A model generated the notes under the pieces. It saw nothing but the letters and a program-made list of their open reading frames with translations, did no database searches and was not told the origin of the DNA. Below, in pieces: positions 19,801-26,617 of a stretch of DNA of 39,074 bases; the first letter of the stretch is position 1; the number at the start of each line of letters is the position of its first letter. The translations under genes were made by a program, and so were the position numbers. Source of the stretch: Oscillospiraceae bacterium (GTDB lineage: Bacteria; Bacillota; Clostridia; Oscillospirales; Acutalibacteraceae); assembly GCA_031262125.1 (NCBI GenBank), contig JAISII010000169.1, forward strand, positions 1 to 39,074, given 5' to 3'.

Positions 19801-21709
19801 TCATTTTTTCGCCGGGCCACTCTGCATTAATAATCTGATTAACGCCTTCTTGCTCTCTATCCCACTTAGTACGCTTGCCATTGCTATGATACCATACATA
19901 GATGTTTGGAACATCATAACCCTTAGGATTACCATTCGAAAATTTAGTGTTATCCAAAACAACCCATACGCCGCTGCCATCTTTTTCTACTTTTTCGTAA
20001 TTATAGGTGTTGGTAACGGTTTTTGTGCCGTCGGTTGCAGTTAAGGTTACTTTGTATTTTGTACCTGCTTTGTCGTTTTCGCCCAAATAATAGTCGAAAT
20101 TGCCATTTGTAATAACATATTTTTGACCATTGTTAATCTGGAATGTGCCATAGGTTGCATTGTTGTAGCTGAAGTTTAATTTAAGGTAGCTTGTGCCAAA
20201 CTTTTTACTGTCGGATGAACTGGTAACAAAAGGTGTTGTTGCAGCCTGACGCAGAACAGCTACGCCGCTGGAACCAATGTTACCCTTAATTTGACCACCC
20301 GAAACAGTAAATTTGTCGCCTGTTACCATATCGGTATAATTGCCGTCTGCAAGCTTGTTTGCTTTAATATTAACCGAGCCGGAGTTAGAAGCAGCTGTGT
20401 TAACAATAACAGCACCGCTTGTTCCACGCTCTATATAAGCAAAAGTTCCCGACGAAGCAACATATTCGGATTGACCGATAAATGCATTATGAAATTTATT
20501 AACTTCGGCGACGGGTACACTTTTCCAAGAAGGGTCGCCTATTTCGCCCATAAGACCTGATTCGCCTGTTCGGGAGAAATAAAGGGCGGTTGCATGTTCT
20601 CTTGAGCCAACAAGTGCCCATGTTTTAACCATATCCGAAATGCTAAAATCTTTGGTATAATCGATGTTACGACTACCGTCCGGATTGAACTCATCACCGG
20701 CATAACAGTCGTGAGATTCTGCCCACAAAACGTATTTATTAGGTGTGTTACCTGCATTGTAAGAGCCTTGAGCAGCAGCGGAGGCACTATGATTTTTTAC
20801 TCCGTTGCGAATATTACGACCTATAACATTGTCTGTTATAGACATAAATTCGGTATAAGCATCAAACCCTCTCGAACGCCCATTGCCTGTGGTGTTTAAG
20901 ATTTCGCCGTAATAGTAAGGGGTTACACCTTTGCCTTGTGCATATGCTGTTGTGGCGTTTAAAACATTCGGCCAGAAGTCTGAAGCATATTGACCATCAT
21001 AAGGAGTTTCGATATGCTTTGCAGCATCAAAACGGAAGCCGTCAACGCCTACATCAATACACTGTTTAAGCAGGTCAGTAACACTTTGCTGAATGTATGA
21101 GTTGCCGGTGTTAACACTTTGCATGCCGCTAAGGCGACCTTGCACCTGCCACTTGATATTCTTGTCGTCTGTATTCTGTGATTCTTGGTGAAAATAGTCT
21201 GAGGTTATACCTGCGTTAAAAATCTGCGGCTCATACTGCTTAACTATATCATCAAGGGTACCTTCGCTTTTGCCGGCTGTACCCAAATGGTTTGCCACGA
21301 TATCTACAATAATTTTAATGCCGTACTTATCAGCCTCGGTACACAAAGACCTCAATTCGTCTTCGCTGCCCAAATAGTTAGTTTCAATTGAATAGCTAAC
21401 CGGCTGATAGAGCTTCCACCACTGCCCGCCAACGTCGATATTTTTGGGTGTGTATGTCTTGGGCATTTGCACCGGCGAAGTTTGCACCGTGCTGTAGCCC
21501 GACTGTGCTATAACCGGAAGCTGTGCCTTAATGTTGTTGTAAGACCAGTTCCATGCGTGCAGAATTACACCATCTTGTACATTAGTTGCCAAGTTATACT
21601 CGCCTGTTGTGCCAGCTGCTGCAACATTAATTGTAGCGGGCAAAACCGCCATTGTTGCAAGCAGAGTAACAGCCAACAGCAAACTCAGCAATCTTTTTGC
21701 TTTTTTCAT
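16838..21709 (-). CDS. Secreted multi-modular GH13 alpha-amylase (AmyE-like) with a CBM26-like module, a Thr-rich linker, an internal dockerin, duplicated ~230-aa modules and a C-terminal family-C module
   Basis: 1623-aa ORF. Signal peptide MKKAKRLLSLLLAVTLLATMAVLPATINVAAA|G. GH13 conserved regions: DIVANH; GFRFDAAKH (D228); YYYGEIL (E269); LWAESHD (D334). CBM-like segment: IYVWYHSNG...AEWPGEKM...HIVFMDNSG. Dockerin at aa 774-835. AGGAGG RBS at ~21718-21723. Confidence 0.9.
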   Translation of the reverse strand: MKKAKRLLSLLLAVTLLATMAVLPATINVAAAGTTGEYNLATNVQDGVILHAWNWSYNNIKAQLPVIAQSGYSTVQTSPVQMPKTYTPKNIDVGGQWWKLYQPVSYSIETNYLGSEDELRSLCTEADKYGIKIIVDIVANHLGTAGKSEGTLDDIVKQYEPQIFNAGITSDYFHQESQNTDDKNIKWQVQGRLSGMQSVNTGNSYIQQSVTDLLKQCIDVGVDGFRFDAAKHIETPYDGQYASDFWPNVLNATTAYAQGKGVTPYYYGEILNTTGNGRSRGFDAYTEFMSITDNVIGRNIRNGVKNHSASAAAQGSYNAGNTPNKYVLWAESHDCYAGDEFNPDGSRNIDYTKDFSISDMVKTWALVGSREHATALYFSRTGESGLMGEIGDPSWKSVPVAEVNKFHNAFIGQSEYVASSGTFAYIERGTSGAVIVNTAASNSGSVNIKANKLADGNYTDMVTGDKFTVSGGQIKGNIGSSGVAVLRQAATTPFVTSSSDSKKFGTSYLKLNFSYNNATYGTFQINNGQKYVITNGNFDYYLGENDKAGTKYKVTLTATDGTKTVTNTYNYEKVEKDGSGVWVVLDNTKFSNGNPKGYDVPNIYVWYHSNGKRTKWDREQEGVNQIINAEWPGEKMTRHDEISYGYYFYELPKGYAEGCHIVFMDNSGKNPPPQYPAAKVPTGPFVEKNQSYILTTNSVFKVYTGKVPTEAPAPEVILVPAKDDEQPTSVETSTTTTPIITTTTPVITTTTPVITTTTPVVTTTAPVINPGSYIIGDANGDNKVTVDDATEIQKHLAKVKSITGTALSAANADEESGVTVADVTLIQKYLAHFEKTGNVGEPAGGSEITTVPDTTPTTVPDTEPEPDPDRKLFYVVDKVAWALDNAADLWVHDNVSGEWYMGFKELPSNDARYAEFILDKNVSNISIYHVMGSYAGGPATGAEVEAALNDTSIVYNKWENISIGSNNAYALTGNSTGELIANYDPNAVEDSIPLKLYFIKPADWQTVYVYGWGGTGLNAQFFECTDEGNGVYSFDFSAYTSAITPGMPMFKLTETIATTDAEWNATKQTDNIAGEKGKNTLTIQQGLKGTWSYVDYGDGPIIVDPPEPPNPPEPDPNAKTFYVADKVGWALDDAKLLWIRDNDTGTWYLGENDSPTDNNSRYASFALGSSVNNISIYNVKGSYDGGPATGAEVEAALGDKTIVYDKWENITIGSNNAYELTGSTSGNLIANYDPDAVEATIPLKLYFVKPSGWESVYIHGWGVSGLPTTATDPFIQCTDEGNGVYSIDFSAYTTSVPAGVDCFKLVDKADWKTTNQTADLAGQAGMNTLTIETGGKGTWSYVDHGDPIIDPPEPPNPPDPNPGDNAFYVYDSTSGSDKTATGKWLFIEGAKLWIYNKATGESFSLTKELEAAGDADNSTYAFLDELPSDWTYIAIYRTGYEVATLVAKDDGGAVGTDYYNMWDNINLQSGANCISITGDTSYDQKVFDPESGTLSDVGGGGDPYYPPNPGSSITIYFENKYNWAPAAIRYWNPDGLIGIIEMTATGKNGSNGAIWSAVIPSEILESATAILFRNNYEEVKETWGNYYQTEDIAVADLYDGIAFYFDSASELQSVNSYTYIPEV
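17669..19099 (-). repeat. Two tandem copies (R1 aa 871-1100, R2 aa 1119-1347) of a ~230-aa bipartite module separated by PPEPPNPP linkers. A diverged half-copy (R3) follows at 17225-17614.
   Basis: R1 and R2 align along their whole length, for example FYVxDKVxWALDxAxLW...NISIYxVxGSYxGGPATGAEVEAAL...KWENIxIGSNNAYxLTG...LIANYDPxAVExxIPLKLYFxKPxxWxxVYxxGWG...CTDEGNGVYSxDFSAYT...GTWSYVD. Confidence 0.85.
19205..19390 (-). other. Dockerin module (aa ~774-835) inside the amylase
   Basis: Two Ca-binding-loop plus helix segments: GDANGDNKVTVDDATEIQKHLAKV and NADEESGVTVADVTLIQKYLAHF. These match the duplicated D.N.D..V...D.T.IQ..LA pattern of ruminococcal dockerins. Confidence 0.8.
19412..19510 (-). 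repeat. In-frame 24-bp tandem repeat encoding a (TTTTPVIT)n linker
   Basis: Protein reads TTTTPIITTTTPVITTTTPVITTTTPVVTTTAP. The DNA shows repeated gtagttgtagttataacgggt units. Confidence 0.9.
20246..21613 (-). other. GH13 catalytic domain plus C-domain (aa ~33-488)
   Basis: The four canonical alpha-amylase regions listed above closely resemble B. subtilis AmyE (GFRFDAAKH, YGEIL, ESHD). Boundaries are by eye. Confidence 0.85.
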
Positions 21710-21830
21710 ACTGTTATGTCCTCCTAAAAATAGATAAAAAAATTATTTATGACAACGACCTAAGCCGTAAATCCCTAAAAAAACATAATAAACACTTTAC
21801 ATAATATATCATTATGTTAGCAGAAGTATA

Positions 21831-22160
21831 TCACGTATTTTTATCTACTTTGTGAATAATTTTTAAATTTTTTTGTTTTTCTGCTCTAATTTGCAATTCT
21901 TTTGTAACATTTTCCAGTAAAATGTCTTGTTGTGCCATCATTACAAACAAATGGAAAATCAAATCAGAAATTTCTCCCACTGTGTCTTCTTTATTGCCGT
22001 TTTTTGCTGCAATAATGGTTTCGGCGGATTCCTCCCCCACTTTTTTAAGGATTTTATCTAACCCTTTCTCAAAAAGGTAGCAGGTGTAAGAACCCTCTAT
22101 ATAATTATCTTTTCGGCTCTTTATTACATCATATAATTCATTAAAAACATCTGTAGACAT
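21831..22160 (-). CDS. hisE: Phosphoribosyl-ATP pyrophosphohydrolase
   Basis: MSTDVFNELYDVIKSRK...KVGEESAETIIAAKNG...EISDLIFHLFVMM is the PRA-PH (MazG-like) pattern. I placed the start at ATG 22160 (GGAGGG 5 nt upstream) rather than the track start at TTG 22175. Confidence 0.85.
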   Translation of the reverse strand: MSTDVFNELYDVIKSRKDNYIEGSYTCYLFEKGLDKILKKVGEESAETIIAAKNGNKEDTVGEISDLIFHLFVMMAQQDILLENVTKELQIRAEKQKNLKIIHKVDKNT

Positions 22161-22244
22161 ATTGACCCTCCGCAAATTTATATATTATTTTATTGAAAAA
22201 GTAAGTATGTAATTAAAAATAATAAAATTTTTAAAATAAAAAAA

Positions 22245-22583
22245 TTACACTATCTTCTTAAAGAAACAACTATGTTCACCTGTATGGCAAGCTGCACCTG
22301 TTTGTTCAACAATCACCAAAAAAGTGTCGTCATCACAATCGCTGTACATTTGCAAAACCTTTTGCAAGTGCCCCGAGGTTGCACCTTTGTTCCAAAGCTC
22401 TTGCCTGCTGCGGCTGTAAAACCACGTGTAGCCCGTTTGCAGCGTTTTTTGCAGCGATTCACGGTTCATATAAGCAAGCATCAACACCTGCCCGGTAGAT
22501 TTCTCTTGCACAATTGCCGGCACAAGCTCTGCTTTTGCAAAGTATTTTTCTATATTTTCGGTTTGTGTAATTTCGGTTTTCAT
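22245..22583 (-). CDS. hisI: Phosphoribosyl-AMP cyclohydrolase
   Basis: [24 protein letters not shown]...[22 protein letters not shown]...[27 protein letters not shown]. Confidence 0.9.
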   Translation of the reverse strand: MKTEITQTENIEKYFAKAELVPAIVQEKSTGQVLMLAYMNRESLQKTLQTGYTWFYSRSRQELWNKGATSGHLQKVLQMYSDCDDDTFLVIVEQTGAACHTGEHSCFFKKIV

Positions 22584-22586
22584 AAC

Positions 22587-23303
22587 TCAACCCCCATAAA
22601 GTGCAATTGCTGCAGCTAAGTCAATATCTTTTGTATATACCGCTTTGCCGCATATTATGCCGTAAAGCGGCAACTGTGCCAATGCATTTAAATCCTCCAT
22701 AGAGCCAACGCCGCCGCTTGCCGTAACATTGCAGCCAACCGCCGCAGTAAGCTGTTTTAAATGCTCAAGGTTTGGACCTTGCAGTGTACCGTCAGTGCTG
22801 ATGTCTGTATAAATAATCTCGGTCGCACCCATATCCTCAACCCGTTTTGCAAGCTCTAAAAATGTTACGTTGCTTTTGTCCAGCCAACCCTCGGTTTTAA
22901 CAAAGCCGTCTTTGGCATCTATGCCCACAACAATTTGCTTGCCGTAGTTTTTAACGGCAGTTTTAAGCAACTCGGGGTTTTTAATGGCAGCCGAACCCAA
23001 AATAACACGGCTTATGCCGCTGTTTATGTAGAACTCAATCGTTTGCATATCCCGCACGCCGCCACCAATTTCGGTTTGCAAGCCTGTGGATTTTACAATT
23101 TGCAAAACAGTGTCGGCATTGTCGGGGCGTCCGCTTTTTGCACCGTCCAAATCTACAATATGCAGCAGCTTTGTTCCGGCGTTTTCAAACTCTAATGCTG
23201 TGGTTATCGGGTCAGATGCCACCTTATGTGCAGTAGAGTACTCACCCTTAACCAGCCGAACGCAGTTGCCGTTAATAATATCAATCGCAGGTATAATTTT
23301 CAA
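22587..23303 (-). CDS. hisA: ProFAR isomerase (1-(5-phosphoribosyl)-5-[(5-phosphoribosylamino)methylideneamino]imidazole-4-carboxamide isomerase)
   Basis: MKIIPAIDIINGNCVRLVKGEY...LHIVDLDGAKSG.P.N...EIGGGVR...RVILGSAAIKNP...IIYTDISTDGTLQGPN is HisA-type rather than HisF-type (no RIIPCLDV). Confidence 0.85.
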   Translation of the reverse strand: MKIIPAIDIINGNCVRLVKGEYSTAHKVASDPITTALEFENAGTKLLHIVDLDGAKSGRPDNADTVLQIVKSTGLQTEIGGGVRDMQTIEFYINSGISRVILGSAAIKNPELLKTAVKNYGKQIVVGIDAKDGFVKTEGWLDKSNVTFLELAKRVEDMGATEIIYTDISTDGTLQGPNLEHLKQLTAAVGCNVTASGGVGSMEDLNALAQLPLYGIICGKAVYTKDIDLAAAIALYGG

Positions 23304-23338
23304 TTTGTTCTCTCCTGTATATAAAACTTTTTAGCTTT

Positions 23339-23550
23339 GCAAAAAGTTGCAAAGTGGGGGTTTCGCTTTCTCCCCCTAACCTTCAAGAGGCACTTTGTTT
23401 TGCTCTCGCTTTCTCCCCCTGTCGGCTTCGCCGACATCCCCTCCCGGAGGGGGACTTTTTTGGCTCTGGATCCCAAAGCCTCCCTCTTAAGGGAGGTGGC
23501 AGAGCGTAGCTCTGACGGAAGGAGAAAAAAGCAATTTGCAAAGGTGGGGG
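23339..23550. repeat. Palindrome-rich, GC-rich intergenic repeat element (REP/BIME-like) between hisB and hisA
   Basis: Serial short hairpins: gtcggc-ttc-gccgac (23421-23435), cccctc-ccg-gagggg (23438-23452), ctccct-ctta-agggag (23480-23495) and cagagc-gta-gctctg (23500-23514). Direct repeats cgctttctccccct occur at 23364 and 23407. The element is flanked by ttgcaaagtggggg and ttgcaaaggtggggg. Confidence 0.7.
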
Positions 23551-23585
23551 TATTTCTGCATTCTGCATTATTATTTCTTATTTAT

Positions 23586-24170
23586 TTAAAGTGTCCCTTT
23601 AGTAGAAAGCAAAGCTTCCCTCGGCACAACCGCCAGCCGCATTGCATGGGCAGCCGCTTTAAACAGGGCTTCGGTAATATGGTGCGAGTTAAGCCCGTAC
23701 TCGGCTCGCATATGCAAGGTTAACCCTGCGTTATTTGCAAATGCCGTAAAAAACTCATATGTCATACAGGTGTCATAATCGCCGCATTTAGCTTCGGGGA
23801 ACACCGCATCATACACCAAATACGCACGGTTTGATACATCAACAGCCGCAAACGCCAAAGCTTCGTCCATCGGCACAAAAAAGCTGCCAAAGCGTGCAAT
23901 TTGCGGGTTTGTGCCCAACGCTTGCCTAAAAGCAGTGCCAAGTGCTATGCCTGCATCCTCAACCGTGTGATGCGTGTCCACCTGCAAATCGCCTGTTATA
24001 TCAACCTTTAAGCCAAAATTGCCGTGTGCTGCAAAAGCGGTAAGCATATGGTCAAAAAAACCTATGCCTGTGTTTATGGCTATTTCTCCCCCGTCTAAGT
24101 TTAGGTTGAGGGTAATCTGCGTTTCTTTAGTATTGCGGGCTATGCTTGCTGTTCTTGTCATAGTCTTCAC
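23586..24170 (-). CDS. hisB: Imidazoleglycerol-phosphate dehydratase
   Basis: 194 aa with GIGFFDHMLTAFAAHG, DTHHTVEDAGIALG and SHHITEALFKA motifs. Confidence 0.9.
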   Translation of the reverse strand: MKTMTRTASIARNTKETQITLNLNLDGGEIAINTGIGFFDHMLTAFAAHGNFGLKVDITGDLQVDTHHTVEDAGIALGTAFRQALGTNPQIARFGSFFVPMDEALAFAAVDVSNRAYLVYDAVFPEAKCGDYDTCMTYEFFTAFANNAGLTLHMRAEYGLNSHHITEALFKAAAHAMRLAVVPREALLSTKGTL

Positions 24171-24191
24171 CTTTTTTTAAAATGTTTTTCT

Positions 24192-25238
24192 TTAACTGTT
24201 ATAATATTCTTCCATTGCGGCTATCAGCTGTGCATTTTCTTGCTCGGTGCCGCAGCAAATCCTCAAATGGTCTGCAAATTTGCGTACAACGATAGATTTC
24301 TCCAGCAAAAAGCTTGCGATTTGCTCACCTTCATCGGTTTTTATAAAAATAAAGTTTGCCGCCGTGGGGTAAACCCTCATATTCGGGCGGGTTGCTGCAA
24401 ACTCACAAAATTTATCTTGCAAAAGCTTTATGCCGGCCTTAACTTTGCTAAGGTTTTGCATAACCTCGGCTTTTTGCCCAAAAACAATTGTGCCAAACGC
24501 TTGCGACAGGCTGTTGACGTTATAGGGCGATTTTACCGACCGCAGGGCGTTTGTTATGGTTTTGTTTGCAACCGCAAACCCAAGCCGCATTGCCGCCGCA
24601 CCAAAAAGCTTTGATGCCGTTTTTAAAATTATTAAATTATCGTAATTTTCTACCTGCGGCAAAAGCGATTCGTCCCAAAAGTCCATATACGCTTCGTCGG
24701 CTATTACCAGCACTTCAACCGAGGTTATCAGCTTGCGGACATCATCCGCTTTTAAGCCAATGCCGGTTGGGTTGCACGGGTTAGAGAACACAATTGCCGA
24801 AACATTCTCGCTTTTTGCAAAGGCAATAAGCTCGTCTATGTTAATTTGCAAATCGTTTTTTTGGTACACAACCGCTTGCAGCCCTGTTACGTTAGCGTTA
24901 AAGGCATACATTGAAAAGTCGGGATTGCAAACCAAAATTTTGTCGCCGCTGTTTAAAAGTGCCGCTTCTATCAAAAATATCAGCTCGTCCGAGCCGTTGC
25001 CGGCAGTTACCAAATTTGGTGAAATGCCGTAAAAATCGGCAAAAGCTTCAATAAGCTCTGTCGCCAACGGGTCGGGATAGCGGTTAAACTCAATTTGCAT
25101 AAGCTTGTCTGCAATTTTTTGCCGTGTGGCATCACTAAGGTTAACCGGCAGTTCGTTTACATCAAGCCTAATTTTATAATCACCGAAAATCGGCTCATAT
25201 GGCACAAGGTCTTTAACCTTTTGGGGTAATTGGTACAT
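24192..25238 (-). CDS. hisC: Histidinol-phosphate aminotransferase
   Basis: 348 aa, class-II aminotransferase. Motifs: GNGSDELI, NPCNPTG and PLP-lysine context LKTASKLFGAAAMRLGF. It sits between hisD and hisB. Confidence 0.85.
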   Translation of the reverse strand: MYQLPQKVKDLVPYEPIFGDYKIRLDVNELPVNLSDATRQKIADKLMQIEFNRYPDPLATELIEAFADFYGISPNLVTAGNGSDELIFLIEAALLNSGDKILVCNPDFSMYAFNANVTGLQAVVYQKNDLQINIDELIAFAKSENVSAIVFSNPCNPTGIGLKADDVRKLITSVEVLVIADEAYMDFWDESLLPQVENYDNLIILKTASKLFGAAAMRLGFAVANKTITNALRSVKSPYNVNSLSQAFGTIVFGQKAEVMQNLSKVKAGIKLLQDKFCEFAATRPNMRVYPTAANFIFIKTDEGEQIASFLLEKSIVVRKFADHLRICCGTEQENAQLIAAMEEYYNS

Positions 25239-25275
25239 TTTGTAGCTCCATTTATTCAGTTTCTTAAAATAAAAA

Positions 25276-26562
25276 TCAATTATCTTGCAGGCGAATATTA
25301 ATGCTGTTTTTGTGTGCGGTTAAACCTTCGGCAGCTGCAATTTCCATAACCAATGGGGCATCCTTTTGCAAAGCCTCTTTATTATAATAAATAAAGCTTG
25401 ACTTTTTCACAAAGCTTTCTACCGACAATGGCGAGAAAAACCTTGCAGTGCCGGACGTTGGCAAAACGTGGTTTGGTCCTGCAAAATAGTCGCCCAGCGG
25501 TTCGGGGCTGTAGTTGCCCAAAAACACCGAGCCCGCATTATCCAGCTTGCCGATATACTCCATTGGGTTTGCACAGCAAACCTCAAGGTGTTCGGGGGCA
25601 ATTTCGTTTGCAAATTCAATTGCTTGTGCCATACTGCTGCACACAACAATTGCACCCAAATCGCTAATCGACTTTTCGGCAATATCTTTTCGCTCAAGCT
25701 TTTGCAGTTGGGTTTCCAGCTCTGCCTCAACTTGTTTAGCAAGCTCTGCATCGGTGGTTAGCAAAATCGACGATGCTAAAACATCGTGTTCAGCTTGGCT
25801 TAGCAAATCGGCAGCAACGTATGCCGGGTTAGCAGTGCTGTCGGCAATAATCAAAATGTCGCTGGGTCCTGCTATCATATCAATATCAACCGTACCGAAA
25901 AGCAGTTTTTTTGCCGTAGCAACAAAAATGTTGCCCGGTCCTACAATTTTGTCGGCTTGGGGTATATTTTGTGTTCCGTATGCCAGTGCAGCAACAGCCT
26001 GTGCACCGCCGACGGTAAAAATACGGTCAACGCCCGATATTTTAGCCGCCGCAAGTATTTTAGGGCTAACCAGCCCCGGCGGTGTTACCATAATCACTTC
26101 TTTAACGCCCGCCAATTTTGCGGGTATAGCCGTCATAAGCACCGAGGACGGGTATGCAGCAGTGCCTCCGGGAACATAAATGCCCACACGGTTTAGTCCA
26201 CGCACCCTCTGCCCCATTATTACCCCGTTGCTTTTGGTGGTCAGCCAGCTTTGCTGAATTTGCCGTGCATGGAAGTCCCTGATATTATCTGCTGCTGCTG
26301 TAATTGCAGCTAAAAATTCGGCACCGCACTGTGTAACTGCCGCATCAATCTCCTCTTGAGGAATTTCAAAGCTTTGCAGCTTAATTTTATCAAACTTTTC
26401 GGTGTAATATAGCAGTGCCTTGTCGCCCTGTTGCTTAACTGTGCTTATAATTTCCTCAACAATCGGCACAAATTTTTTGTCCGACTCGACCGATTGTTTT
26501 TTAAATTGCTTTAAAAATTCATATTCGGCAGTGCCGTTTGCCACAACTTTTTTAATTGGCAT
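25276..26562 (-). CDS. hisD: Histidinol dehydrogenase
   Basis: 428 aa with YVPGGTAAYPSSVLM, GPGNIFVATAK, GPSDILIIAD, SQAEHD and NHVLPTSGTARF. Confidence 0.9.
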   Translation of the reverse strand: MPIKKVVANGTAEYEFLKQFKKQSVESDKKFVPIVEEIISTVKQQGDKALLYYTEKFDKIKLQSFEIPQEEIDAAVTQCGAEFLAAITAAADNIRDFHARQIQQSWLTTKSNGVIMGQRVRGLNRVGIYVPGGTAAYPSSVLMTAIPAKLAGVKEVIMVTPPGLVSPKILAAAKISGVDRIFTVGGAQAVAALAYGTQNIPQADKIVGPGNIFVATAKKLLFGTVDIDMIAGPSDILIIADSTANPAYVAADLLSQAEHDVLASSILLTTDAELAKQVEAELETQLQKLERKDIAEKSISDLGAIVVCSSMAQAIEFANEIAPEHLEVCCANPMEYIGKLDNAGSVFLGNYSPEPLGDYFAGPNHVLPTSGTARFFSPLSVESFVKKSSFIYYNKEALQKDAPLVMEIAAAEGLTAHKNSINIRLQDN

Positions 26563-26617
26563 TGTTTTTTTACCTTTCTTGTTCTCAACAAATAATCTTA
26601 TATAAACTTGAAAAAAG

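Noticed and set aside
7859-21709. Genomic island, prophage or polymorphic-toxin locus
   Set aside because: There is no integrase, transposase, tRNA target, phage gene or small immunity-like ORF. Base composition looks similar to the flanks by eye. The C-termini have no recognisable toxin motifs. The locus is accessory, but there is no evidence for recent mobility.
21710-21830. Defined promoter or cre (catabolite-responsive) site upstream of the amylase gene
   Set aside because: Candidate hexamers (TTGTCA-17-TATTTT and TTTACG-16-TAAATA) are weak and ambiguous. TGTAAAGTGTTTAT lacks the central CG and the symmetry of a cre box. The AT-rich hairpin acataat/attatgt (21799-21817) has no adjacent U-tract. 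None of these is supported well enough to annotate.
23337-23723. ORFs 23337-23723 (+) and 23383-23568 (-) in the hisB-hisA gap
   Set aside because: They are translations of the palindromic GC-rich repeat (…GFADIPSRRGT…, …PPLRGRLWD…). One of them runs into hisB on the wrong strand, and neither has an RBS. I treat them as non-coding repeat.
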